Shown here: one piece after another, positions 40,829 to 49,726 of the stretch
Position numbering within the stretch: position 1 is the stretch's first letter
Layout: the number at the start of each line of letters is the position of its first letter
NCBI GenBank assembly: GCA_025774845.1
Contig: JALGZP010000011.1
Coordinates: 479-64,478, forward strand
Length of the DNA: 64,000 bases
DNA from: a bacterium
GTDB taxonomy: Bacteria; Arandabacterota; Arandabacteria; Arandabacterales; Arandabacteraceae
Reading direction: 5' to 3'
The notes under the pieces: generated by a model
What the model saw: only the letters and a program-made list of their open reading frames with translations
Databases searched by the model: none
What the model was told of the DNA's origin: nothing
Position numbers and translations under genes: made by a program

Positions 40829-41902
40829 ATGGACATCATCGACCTCAGAAAGATCAAACCCCCCGATGAAATCGGTGCTTTCAAAAGAGGTATCCTTTTT
40901 CCGGTACTCGCGCCGCTTTCGGGTGTGTACGCCCTGGCCTCACGACTCTGGCGGAGCACGCCCCCGAAGGTAACCGATCCCGGTGTGCCGGTCATAAGTA
41001 TAGGCAGCATATCCGTCGGAGGCACCGGCAAGACACCACTGTGTATGCATGTTGCCCGGAGGTTCGCGGCGCGGGGGACACGCGTATGTGTCCTTTCGAG
41101 AGGCTACAGACGCCGGAGCAAGCGATCGCCGCTTGCCGTCAGTGACGGTGACCGCTTGCTGGCAACCGTCGAGGAGGCCGGAGACGAACCTTACATGATG
41201 GCCAGACGCCTGCCCGGTGTTGCAGTGATGGTCGGCAAGAACCGGATCGAGGGAGCGCTCGCGGCGAATGACATGTTCGCGCCTGCGCTCCTGGTGCTTG
41301 ATGATGGGTTCCAGTACAGGCGTATTGCGAAATCCGCTGAGATCGTGTGTCTTGACCTTGCCTCGCTTAAATCCGGTGCAGCGGTGCTGCCACTGGGATC
41401 GTTGCGAGAGGGACTGTCGTCGGTGAAGGCGGATCACATTGTCGTGGTTTTTCTCCGGCACGGGGATCGTGTGCCATCACCCGGTGACATCAAACGGCTC
41501 CGATCTCGAAACGTCTTCTATGCCGCGCGCTCGAAGCCTTGCTTTGTGGATGGTAACGGTAAGGCCATCGATACCGGGGTTCCGGCGACGGACCGGGTCG
41601 CGATCGTGAGCGGTCTTGCCAGACCGGCCGGTTTTGAGAAATCCTGTCTTGCGGCGGGTGTGAATGCGGCGGTCAGTATCCGTTTTGAGGATCACCACTG
41701 GTATCAGGAGGAAGACATCGATAAGATAAAGTCAGTGATGAATGCCGGTCGTTGCAATCGCATAGTCACCACCGAAAAGGACATCTACAAGATGCCCGCC
41801 GAGCTTAAGGAGATGGCGATCGTTGCGCGGACAGATACCGAGATCGAAGAGGCCGATCGTTTCTGGAACCTGCTCGATGATAGAGTGAGGGTTGATCGAT
41901 GA
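40829..41902 (+). CDS. lpxK: Tetraacyldisaccharide 4'-kinase
   Basis: VISIGSISVGGTGKTP, SRGY, GDEP, LDDGFQ, DHHWY, TTEKD. Confidence 0.93.
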   Translation: MDIIDLRKIKPPDEIGAFKRGILFPVLAPLSGVYALASRLWRSTPPKVTDPGVPVISIGSISVGGTGKTPLCMHVARRFAARGTRVCVLSRGYRRRSKRSPLAVSDGDRLLATVEEAGDEPYMMARRLPGVAVMVGKNRIEGALAANDMFAPALLVLDDGFQYRRIAKSAEIVCLDLASLKSGAAVLPLGSLREGLSSVKADHIVVVFLRHGDRVPSPGDIKRLRSRNVFYAARSKPCFVDGNGKAIDTGVPATDRVAIVSGLARPAGFEKSCLAAGVNAAVSIRFEDHHWYQEEDIDKIKSVMNAGRCNRIVTTEKDIYKMPAELKEMAIVARTDTEIEEADRFWNLLDDRVRVDR

Positions 41903-43497
41903 ATGCAAACGAGTCGGACTTCCTCGTTGTCGGAAGCGGGATCGCCGGTCTCCTGGCTGCGATTAAACTCTCCGACTCGGGCAGTGTTACCCTGGTAACA
42001 AAGAAAAAGTGGACAGATTCAAATACCAACTATGCCCAGGGCGGTATCGCGGTTCCCATCGGGGATGAGGACTCCGCCGACCTCCATATCCAGGATACGC
42101 TGACCGCCGGCTGCGGGTTGGGTCATCCCGAGGTGGTCGATTTCGTTGTTAAGCATGGGAAGCCCTGTCTCGAGGAACTGATCGGCATGGGAGTGACCTT
42201 CTCGTCCGAGGAGGACACCGGCAGAACCGGTCTGGCCCTCGGGCGGGAAGGTGGGCACACGGCGAGCAGGATAGTCCATTCCAAAGACCATACGGGACGC
42301 GAGATTGAAACGGTCCTGCTTGAGACACTGCGGTCGATCCCGGGTATCACGCTTCTGGAGAATCACATTGCCGTCGATCTCATTCTCGAATCGAAACGGC
42401 GGGGATGCAAGGTCAAGCCCGACAGGTGCTGGGGCGCTTACGTGATGGACGTGATTGAGGGAAGTATCGAGCCCTTCCTCGCACGCGTCACAATTCTCGC
42501 GAGTGGTGGTGCGGGTAAGGTCTATCTCTATACGTCGAACCCCGACATCGCCACCGGGGACGGGATCGCAATGGCGTACCGGGCGGGGGCCCGGTGCTCG
42601 AACCTGGAGTTTGTACAGTTTCATCCGACGTGTCTCTACCATCCGCGTGCCAAGAGTTTTCTCATATCGGAGGCCGTCCGGGGAGAAGGTGCCATCCTCA
42701 GAACGCTTGATGGCGAGGCCTTCATGAAAGCATACGATCCACGCGGTGAACTCGCATCCAGGGATATTGTTGCCAGGGCGGTCGATTCGGAGATGAAGCG
42801 AAAGGGTGACAAACACGTCCTGCTTGACCTGAGTGCGATCGACGGGACGCGTATCAGAGAGAGGTTTCCGAATATCTACAGGACGTGTCTTGACTTCGGA
42901 ATCGATATCACGAGACAGCCGATTCCCGTGGTCCCGGCTGCCCACTACATGTGCGGCGGGGTCGTTACCGATCTTACGGCGAGAACCGGAATAGAAGGGC
43001 TGGTTTGTGCCGGTGAGGTTGCTGCCACAGGTCTCCATGGGGCCAACCGCCTGGCCTCAAATTCACTCCTGGAGGCACTGGTGTTCGCCGGTGTATCCGC
43101 CTCGACGGCGGTAGGGATCAGGGACGAACGGGGTTCAGAGCTACCGCGGGTCGAACCCTGGCAGGACGAGGGTACGGCGGAGCTTAAGGAAGTGGTCTTC
43201 CTGGATCATGATTGGGACCAGGTGAGGACGCTGATGTGGGACTATGTCGGGATAGTGCGGTCCGACCAGAGGTTGAAGATTGCCAAGAAGCGGATCCGCC
43301 TCTTGAGAGAACAGATCGAAACCTATTACTGGAACTATCGACTGACACCCGATCTGGTGGAACTGAGAAACATCGCGCTCGTAGGTGAGCTGATAATCAG
43401 GTGCGCGATGATGCGAAGGGAGAGCAGGGGTCTTCACTACAACATAGACTGCCCGGATGCTGACGATTCGGCATGGAAGCGAGATACCCTGTTGTAG
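41899..43497 (+). CDS. nadB: L-aspartate oxidase
   Basis: GSGIAGL, AQGGIA, REGGH, QFHPT, SEAVRGEG, AAHYMCGG, GLHGANRLASNSLLE, ESRGLH. Confidence 0.96.
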   Translation: MNANESDFLVVGSGIAGLLAAIKLSDSGSVTLVTKKKWTDSNTNYAQGGIAVPIGDEDSADLHIQDTLTAGCGLGHPEVVDFVVKHGKPCLEELIGMGVTFSSEEDTGRTGLALGREGGHTASRIVHSKDHTGREIETVLLETLRSIPGITLLENHIAVDLILESKRRGCKVKPDRCWGAYVMDVIEGSIEPFLARVTILASGGAGKVYLYTSNPDIATGDGIAMAYRAGARCSNLEFVQFHPTCLYHPRAKSFLISEAVRGEGAILRTLDGEAFMKAYDPRGELASRDIVARAVDSEMKRKGDKHVLLDLSAIDGTRIRERFPNIYRTCLDFGIDITRQPIPVVPAAHYMCGGVVTDLTARTGIEGLVCAGEVAATGLHGANRLASNSLLEALVFAGVSASTAVGIRDERGSELPRVEPWQDEGTAELKEVVFLDHDWDQVRTLMWDYVGIVRSDQRLKIAKKRIRLLREQIETYYWNYRLTPDLVELRNIALVGELIIRCAMMRRESRGLHYNIDCPDADDSAWKRDTLL

Positions 43498-43500
43498 ACT

Positions 43501-44016
43501 ATGAATCTTCTTCTTACCGGAGTACCCGGTGTCGGCAAGACAACCGTGATCGAGCGAATCGCTGCTTTGCTCGGTGATCGCGCGGGCGGCATCCTGACGA
43601 GAGAGATCCGGGAGGCCGGCAGACGAACCGGGTTCTCGATCGAGTCTCTCGATGGTGAGCGTCGCGTTCTGGCCACAAGGCATCGAAAGGGTGGACCCCG
43701 GGTAGGACCCTACACGGTGATAGTCGAGAATCTCGAGAAGGTGGCCATCCGGGCTCTGGAGAGTGCAGTGGAAGCAGGGGACGTTGTGATCGTGGATGAG
43801 ATCGGCAAGATGGAATTGCTTTCCGAGAAGTTCCGGGATATTATAATCAGGGTTCTTGATAGCGATGTCGACGTGGTTGCGACGCTCGGAGTGGCCAGGA
43901 ACCCGTTTCTTGACGCAATAAGGAAGCGGCCTGATACAGAAATCATCGAAGTCACGATGAGCAACCGGAAAGAAATGGCTGCCAGGGTAACCGGGCTCAT
44001 TGCGGCAGGCGGATAG
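43501..44016 (+). CDS. THEP1/NTPase_1-family nucleoside triphosphatase
   Basis: LTGVPGVGKTT, EIREAGRRTGF, VDEIGKMEL. Confidence 0.88.
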   Translation: MNLLLTGVPGVGKTTVIERIAALLGDRAGGILTREIREAGRRTGFSIESLDGERRVLATRHRKGGPRVGPYTVIVENLEKVAIRALESAVEAGDVVIVDEIGKMELLSEKFRDIIIRVLDSDVDVVATLGVARNPFLDAIRKRPDTEIIEVTMSNRKEMAARVTGLIAAGG

Positions 44017-44028
44017 CGGGAGTAAGCA

Positions 44029-45576
44029 GTGATGAAGACCAGGATCCGTATTCTGAGATGTTCAATGCTTGTATGTCTTCTGGTTGTGATCCCTTTCGTG
44101 GCATGTTCAACGGAAGGGAATTCCCATGAAGAGGGGAGTGCTGAGATGGAGCCATCGGGAAAAGTCCGCGAACCGGCGGTCGCAGGCGCATTCTATCCAG
44201 GGACTGAGGAAGCGTTACGCGATGCTGTCTCGAGTATGCTCGCCGCGGTTGAGCCCGCGGAGATCAGAGGTGAAGTTGTCGGCTTGATATCACCGCATGC
44301 CGGCTACATTTACTCCGGCCCAGTAGCCGCCCACGGCTACAAGCTCGTGGAAGGCCGGAGTTTCGACGCAGTCGTCGTGGTCGCCCCCAGTCACCACGCC
44401 TACTTCGATGGTAGTTCTGTATACGCTCTCGGTCCTTACAGAACACCCCTCGGGCTTGTCGACATCCATAAGGACCTTGCGGAGACGATCGTTGATTCGG
44501 ACAAGTCCATAGGGTTCCATGCCCCGGCACACCAGAGCGAGCACTCGCTTGAAGTGCAACTGCCGTTTCTCCAGGTCGCCGTCCCGGACCTCAGGGTGGT
44601 CCCCATAGTGATGGGCGATCAGTCGCTTGCCAATTGCAGGCGGCTCGGACAGGCGATCGCATCCAGTGTTAAGAACATGAACGTTCTCCTGGTGGCGAGC
44701 AGCGACCTTTCGCACTTTCACCCCTACGACGAGGCTGTCGGGCTTGACAGGGTGATCGTGGACCGCATCGAAAAGTATGACTACGAAGGCCTTGCCGGTG
44801 ACCTGAAGTCACGGAAGGCCGAGGCGTGTGGTGGAGGACCGATGATCACTGTGATGATTGCCTCGAAGGAGCTGGGGGCGTCTGAGGCCGTGACACTCAA
44901 GTACGCCAACTCGGGGGATGTTACGAACGACAAGTCGGGTGTGGTCGGCTACCTTGCAGTCGCGCTCGTAAAGGAGGCATCGGTCGGTGTGGACCTGGGA
45001 TTGGGACGGAGTGAAAAAGTGGAGTTGCTGAACCTTGCGCGGCGCACAATTGAGGCCAGGATCAAGGGTACGCCGCTGCCTGCGTCTGATACGGATTCGG
45101 CGTTGCTCAACGAGAAGATGGGCGCCTTTGTGACAATCACAAAGGGCGGGCAACTCAGGGGATGCATCGGGCACCTGAGGGGGATCGAACCGCTCCACAG
45201 CACGATCTCGAAGATGGCGGTCGCGGCGGCTACGGAGGATCCGAGGTTCCCGCCTCTGAGTCCTGATGAACTCGAGGATATTTCGCTTGAGATCTCGGTG
45301 CTGACCCCCTTCAAAAAGATCGTAAGTCCAGATGAAATCGAGGTCGGACGTGACGGTCTCTATATCGAAAAGGGCCACAACCATGGTGTGCTACTGCCCC
45401 AGGTAGCGACGGAGTACGGTTGGGATAGAGACGAGTTCCTCGAGCATACATGTGCCAAGGCCGGCCTCCCCAGTGGTGCATGGCGCGAGGGGTCGGATAT
45501 CTACATCTTTTCAGCCCAGGTTTTCAATGAGAAGGAGCTCTCGGAAGAAGCTTCGTCCCAAGCAGAATCGGAATGA
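44029..45576 (+). CDS. Fused Memo (AmmeMemoRadiSam protein B)-AMMECR1 (protein A) with lipoprotein signal
   Basis: Memo: REPAVAGAFYP, PHAGYIYSG, EHSLEVQLPFLQ, SSDLSHF, VVGY. AMMECR1: LRGCIG, DPRF, EISVL, LLPQVA, KAGL. N-terminal hydrophobic stretch ending FVA-C. Confidence 0.9.
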   Translation: MMKTRIRILRCSMLVCLLVVIPFVACSTEGNSHEEGSAEMEPSGKVREPAVAGAFYPGTEEALRDAVSSMLAAVEPAEIRGEVVGLISPHAGYIYSGPVAAHGYKLVEGRSFDAVVVVAPSHHAYFDGSSVYALGPYRTPLGLVDIHKDLAETIVDSDKSIGFHAPAHQSEHSLEVQLPFLQVAVPDLRVVPIVMGDQSLANCRRLGQAIASSVKNMNVLLVASSDLSHFHPYDEAVGLDRVIVDRIEKYDYEGLAGDLKSRKAEACGGGPMITVMIASKELGASEAVTLKYANSGDVTNDKSGVVGYLAVALVKEASVGVDLGLGRSEKVELLNLARRTIEARIKGTPLPASDTDSALLNEKMGAFVTITKGGQLRGCIGHLRGIEPLHSTISKMAVAAATEDPRFPPLSPDELEDISLEISVLTPFKKIVSPDEIEVGRDGLYIEKGHNHGVLLPQVATEYGWDRDEFLEHTCAKAGLPSGAWREGSDIYIFSAQVFNEKELSEEASSQAESE

Positions 45577-47773
45577 GTGCAACCCCATTGAAGATCGCTA
45601 CGGTGTAAGCCGACCGGGCGAGCCCAAGCGAGGGTACGATCACGAGGCCCGTTGCAAAGCCGGCGACGCAGGCTCCCGTAAGATCCAGTGAGTAAGCAAG
45701 CGCCCCGGCATCACCTGCTCTCCGGCCGCCGGAAGCCAGAGATTCCGAGGCGACTGCAAAGATCACACCGGCTAGTCCGCCGGTGACAAACGCCATCACC
45801 GCAAATGCCGCATCCGGCGTATGCCGCCATGTCAGGGCCGCCACCACCAGCAGCGGCATGATCAAGAGACAGCAGTGTACCAGCGGCAACGCCCGTGGCC
45901 CGATCCAATCCTTGTTTCGCGTCCCTGCCAGGCTGGATGCCAGACCCATACCGAGCATGAAAGCGGCCACAATCACGGCGATGCCGACGTAGATATAGCC
46001 GCTCACGATCTGAAACCCGAGCACTATGAGGATCTCGGTAAACATCGCGGTAAACCCCATGGAGTAGACAGCCGCAGCTGCAGAGAGTTCCGACCGGGCC
46101 GCTGCCCCCGCCCGCAGGTGCAACGCAATGATCACCACACCGGCGAGGATGAGCATGAGCAGGCAGCTACTCGTGTTCAACCGGGTGACGACGAATGAGA
46201 TGGCCCTCCCGCTTCTGAAGTGCTTTGCCCAGAGCGCAATCGAATATGAGAAGGATACCGGCATCACGTCGGTGTTGGTCTGACCTGTATCGTGCGTGGC
46301 GATCACGCTGTCGAGACGCGCCGCCCGGATCGGTGAGAGACGGTCCGGCAGTACATACTCCGTGGTGTATGAGGTATCGAGGGCACGCAGCGAAAGTGTC
46401 TCAAGGAGGAGGCCGGTTCTCTCACCCACGTCAAGCCCCGGAGACGCCAGGAGATGGATGTACTCCCCGGGTACCAGTCCCACAAAGCCGAAAACCTCAC
46501 TGCAACTGTTTACGAGAGCTGAAATCAGAGAAGCGAGTTCGGGACCGAGGTAGGCCCCCTCCTGGGGAATCTTGAGGGCCATGATGCCGTCTGTGCCGAT
46601 AAGTGATTTCACACGCCGGAAGAACTGAACGGTGTAATACCTATTCATTTGGAGAGTTACGGGTGTTCCAACATTGATTATAACCACATCGTAGTGTCGG
46701 GGGGTCACGGCCATATAGCGTCTTCCATCGCCGTAGACAGGCGTCACGGTGAGCCCTTCACCTTCAAACCAGCCCGCCGGTGCCAGACGTGCCAGCACCT
46801 CCAGGGCGGTCGAGTCGAGCTCGACATAGTCCAGCCGTACAACCGATGGGTGTTTCGCGATCTCTCGAATGATCCCCGAGCCGGTGCCTCCGATCACGAG
46901 TACGCTCTCGGGGTTCGGATGATGAAGGAGCGGGATATGAGCGCATTCCTCGGCATACATCGGGTCGGGAATCGTGAACGCCAGAACGCCGCTTTCGAAA
47001 AAGTCATGAATCCCTCCCCGGTCGGTTACGACGACGTTGCCGTACCTGGTGTCGGCCGTCTCGATGACCTTAAGCGGTGCCCACTGAGCTTGCCGCGTTG
47101 CCAGGTCAAGCCTTGGACTGACTATCAACGCGAGAGCCAGGCATGCTAGAAGCACAGCGGCAGTTACGGAAAGGCGGCGGCGCCCGGATGGAGCTAGAAT
47201 GAAGAGCAGATAAACCCCGGCCCACAGGCTTACGATACCTGCCAGCGTGACGATCGCCAGGGGATTCAACCACTCCAGCAGGAGGAAACTCAAGAGCAGA
47301 CCGCCCATACCCGAACCGAGCGCCTCCACGCCGTACACAATCGAGATAGGCGCTCTGGTTTGAGAACGCTCAGCAAGACCTACCATTGTCACAAACAGCC
47401 CGCCCAGACAAAGTGCACACGGCACGATTCCGACGGCTGAGAGGAGGAGGACCATGGCCGGCCCCGGGATCTCACCCAGGGTGACAAGAAGAGGATGGAG
47501 AAGTCTGATCAGTGCGATCTGGGCGGGAGCGGTAACTGCCGCCACAACGAACAGGGCACCCGCCGCGGACCGGGTTTCCGGGGATCCTGCGTGGCGCTTG
47601 AAAACGAGGCAACCGGCGGCGACAGCCATCAGCCACAAGGCCAGAGACGTGGCTATCGTCAGCTCGTTTCCGGTGAAGACAACGAGCAGCTCCCTGATGA
47701 TCATGACCTGGGTGCAAATGCTGACCAGCCCAAGGCACCAGGAAAGCAGCAACAATCCTCTCTTAGAAGGCAT
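45524..47773 (-). CDS. Multi-TM membrane protein with central spermidine-synthase-like SAM-binding domain
   Basis: TM arrays on both sides (GNEL, YGVEALGS, YSLDLTGA); central VLVIGG..EIAKH..YVELD, DGRRY, YDVVII. Confidence 0.82.
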   Translation of the reverse strand: MPSKRGLLLLSWCLGLVSICTQVMIIRELLVVFTGNELTIATSLALWLMAVAAGCLVFKRHAGSPETRSAAGALFVVAAVTAPAQIALIRLLHPLLVTLGEIPGPAMVLLLSAVGIVPCALCLGGLFVTMVGLAERSQTRAPISIVYGVEALGSGMGGLLLSFLLLEWLNPLAIVTLAGIVSLWAGVYLLFILAPSGRRRLSVTAAVLLACLALALIVSPRLDLATRQAQWAPLKVIETADTRYGNVVVTDRGGIHDFFESGVLAFTIPDPMYAEECAHIPLLHHPNPESVLVIGGTGSGIIREIAKHPSVVRLDYVELDSTALEVLARLAPAGWFEGEGLTVTPVYGDGRRYMAVTPRHYDVVIINVGTPVTLQMNRYYTVQFFRRVKSLIGTDGIMALKIPQEGAYLGPELASLISALVNSCSEVFGFVGLVPGEYIHLLASPGLDVGERTGLLLETLSLRALDTSYTTEYVLPDRLSPIRAARLDSVIATHDTGQTNTDVMPVSFSYSIALWAKHFRSGRAISFVVTRLNTSSCLLMLILAGVVIIALHLRAGAAARSELSAAAAVYSMGFTAMFTEILIVLGFQIVSGYIYVGIAVIVAAFMLGMGLASSLAGTRNKDWIGPRALPLVHCCLLIMPLLVVAALTWRHTPDAAFAVMAFVTGGLAGVIFAVASESLASGGRRAGDAGALAYSLDLTGACVAGFATGLVIVPSLGLARSAYTVAIFNGVALIPILLGTKLLPRAPSH

Positions 47774-47860
47774 GGTCGAATTATCTTCCTTGATTTATAG
47801 GGCATGGTATCATAGTCTAGGGATGGACTCAAGTGGACCCTGACTCAAAAAGGGAGCAAA

Positions 47861-48244
47861 GTGGGACAAAGCGATTTAATGGGTGATCTCGAGGTACTGG
47901 CGGCCGGTGATCCCCGGTACAAGCTGGAATCCTATGTATTCGTGATAAATGCAGTTGAGTTCACCATGCGTAGCCTCAGACGCAGGGGACATGTCACGGG
48001 GCATGAGCTGCTGGATGGAATCAAAGGCCTGGCGAAGCGGGAATTCGGACCGATGGCCAAGACGGTCTTTGAGAGCTGGGGCGTTTCCACAACCGAGGAC
48101 TTCGGTGAAATAGTCTTCAAACTGATCGAGGCCGGCGTACTGGGTAAGACCGACAGGGACTCGAGGGAAGACTTCAGCGACGTCTTCGACTTCAACGATG
48201 TCTTCGAGAGGCAGTACGACTGGAATATCGAAGGTGCGTTATGA
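47861..48244 (+). CDS. Minf_1886-like conserved hypothetical protein
   Basis: DPRYKLESYVFV, HVTGHELL, FGPMAKTVFESWG, DFGEIVF, DSREDF. Confidence 0.8.
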   Translation: MGQSDLMGDLEVLAAGDPRYKLESYVFVINAVEFTMRSLRRRGHVTGHELLDGIKGLAKREFGPMAKTVFESWGVSTTEDFGEIVFKLIEAGVLGKTDRDSREDFSDVFDFNDVFERQYDWNIEGAL

Positions 48245-48255
48245 CCCGGGGGTGA

Positions 48256-48717
48256 GTGATGCATCCGCAGGATGACGATTTCATCAGGGATATCAGACAC
48301 CTTCAGGAAACCATGGAGCGGTTGCTGTCGGATTTCTCGAGATTGCACACGCCCCTGTTACTCGGCAAGGAATCGGTGTGGCGGCCGCTGACCGATGTCT
48401 ACGAGACCGACAAAGAGTACGTGATCAGGATGGAGATCGCGGGCATGGACCCGGATGATTTCAGCGTGACGCTGCATAACCGGGTTTTCAGGATCAAGGG
48501 TGTGAGACGGGATCCGCCGCCTGCGGGGCAGAGACGTTTTCACAAGATGGAGATCAGTGTGGGGCCGTTCGAGTGCAACGTGGAGATCTCGCCCAACGTC
48601 AGGATATCCTCCATGGATGCGCACTACGAGAACGGTTACCTTCTCATAAGAATCAGCAAGGGCACAGACAAGCTGAAGGGCGTCGAAAGGACAATCCCCG
48701 TAGAAAGAGGTTTGTAG
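48256..48717 (+). CDS. Hsp20/alpha-crystallin small heat shock protein
   Basis: WRPLTDVYET, EIAGM, IKGVR, MEISVGPF, AHYENGYLLI. Confidence 0.9.
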   Translation: MMHPQDDDFIRDIRHLQETMERLLSDFSRLHTPLLLGKESVWRPLTDVYETDKEYVIRMEIAGMDPDDFSVTLHNRVFRIKGVRRDPPPAGQRRFHKMEISVGPFECNVEISPNVRISSMDAHYENGYLLIRISKGTDKLKGVERTIPVERGL

Positions 48718-48718
48718 A

Positions 48719-49724
48719 TTGCCCACCTGGACGACCAAGGCGCTGACTGACGTCGCGAGCAGGCTCTTCGGCGGTAAGAGTGTGAACCAGCCCTTCTCGC
48801 TCCTACCCGGCGCTCACCATGCTGAGGTCCGCATTGCCGGAATCGCGGATCATCTGTCTTGTCGAGGATGGGCAGGGGGACATTTTCAGAGACCGGAGCA
48901 TAGTCGACGATCTGGTTGAGTTTCCGAAGTTCGGTGGAGCGGGAGCGGTCTGGGGATACCGTTCCTTCATAGGTGAGATCAGAGAGCGGATGGTCGAGGC
49001 GGTGTTCTACTTCGATTACAGGCACGACTTCTACAGAGTTATCCTTCCGCTCTTGAGCGGCGCGCGCCTCAGGCTCAAGGTACGGGGTGAAATCGGTTAC
49101 CCGCTCTTTAACATCGAAGTGGTGCCCGGCAGCGATTCCACGTACTTCCGTGATGTCAACCTGTGTCTAGTGAAGTTCCTCTCTTCCGGGGGTGGCCAAT
49201 GGTCGGGCTGGAAGTTCCCGGAGAATGAAGCGAAGATAGCCAAAGAGATCGTTGGGTTCAGAAAGCCTAATCCATCGGATCTCTTGATCGGTGTCGACCT
49301 CAGTCATACCAAAGCTGGAGGGAGGCCGCCCTTCGACGCCGCCATCAGGCTGGCCAGGAGTTTTGCTGCACTCAAACCCAGCCGGATTGCGCTCCTGTCC
49401 GATCCCAACCCGGCGATCAAACAAGATGAGATAAAGCGCCTTGGACCGTACGACTGGCTTGATATACCAGGCAAGAGCTTCCGGGACACGCTGGGAATCC
49501 TGTCGCAATGCGACCTCTTTATAAGCGGGAACACTGATCTCTTTCACTTCGCCGTCTCGATGGGAATACCTTCGTATGTGCTGTTCTCCGACACGGACGA
49601 CAGAAGATGGATACCCAGCGACGGGATCTTCAGTCTTGTTGAGGAACAGACCTGGAAGACCACTCCACCCGCACAGCTGGCGATGCAGATGCGCGATTTC
49701 GTCAGCGCCCCTTCAAGGATCTGA
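48719..49724 (+). CDS. Divergent glycosyltransferase family 9 protein; 5' end appears frameshifted near 48800
   Basis: Main frame 48819-49724 has CDLFISGNTDLFHFAVSMGIP and upstream in-frame YPALT. A plausible N-terminus starts at TTG 48719 in another frame. Confidence 0.65.
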
Positions 49725-49726
49725 TC

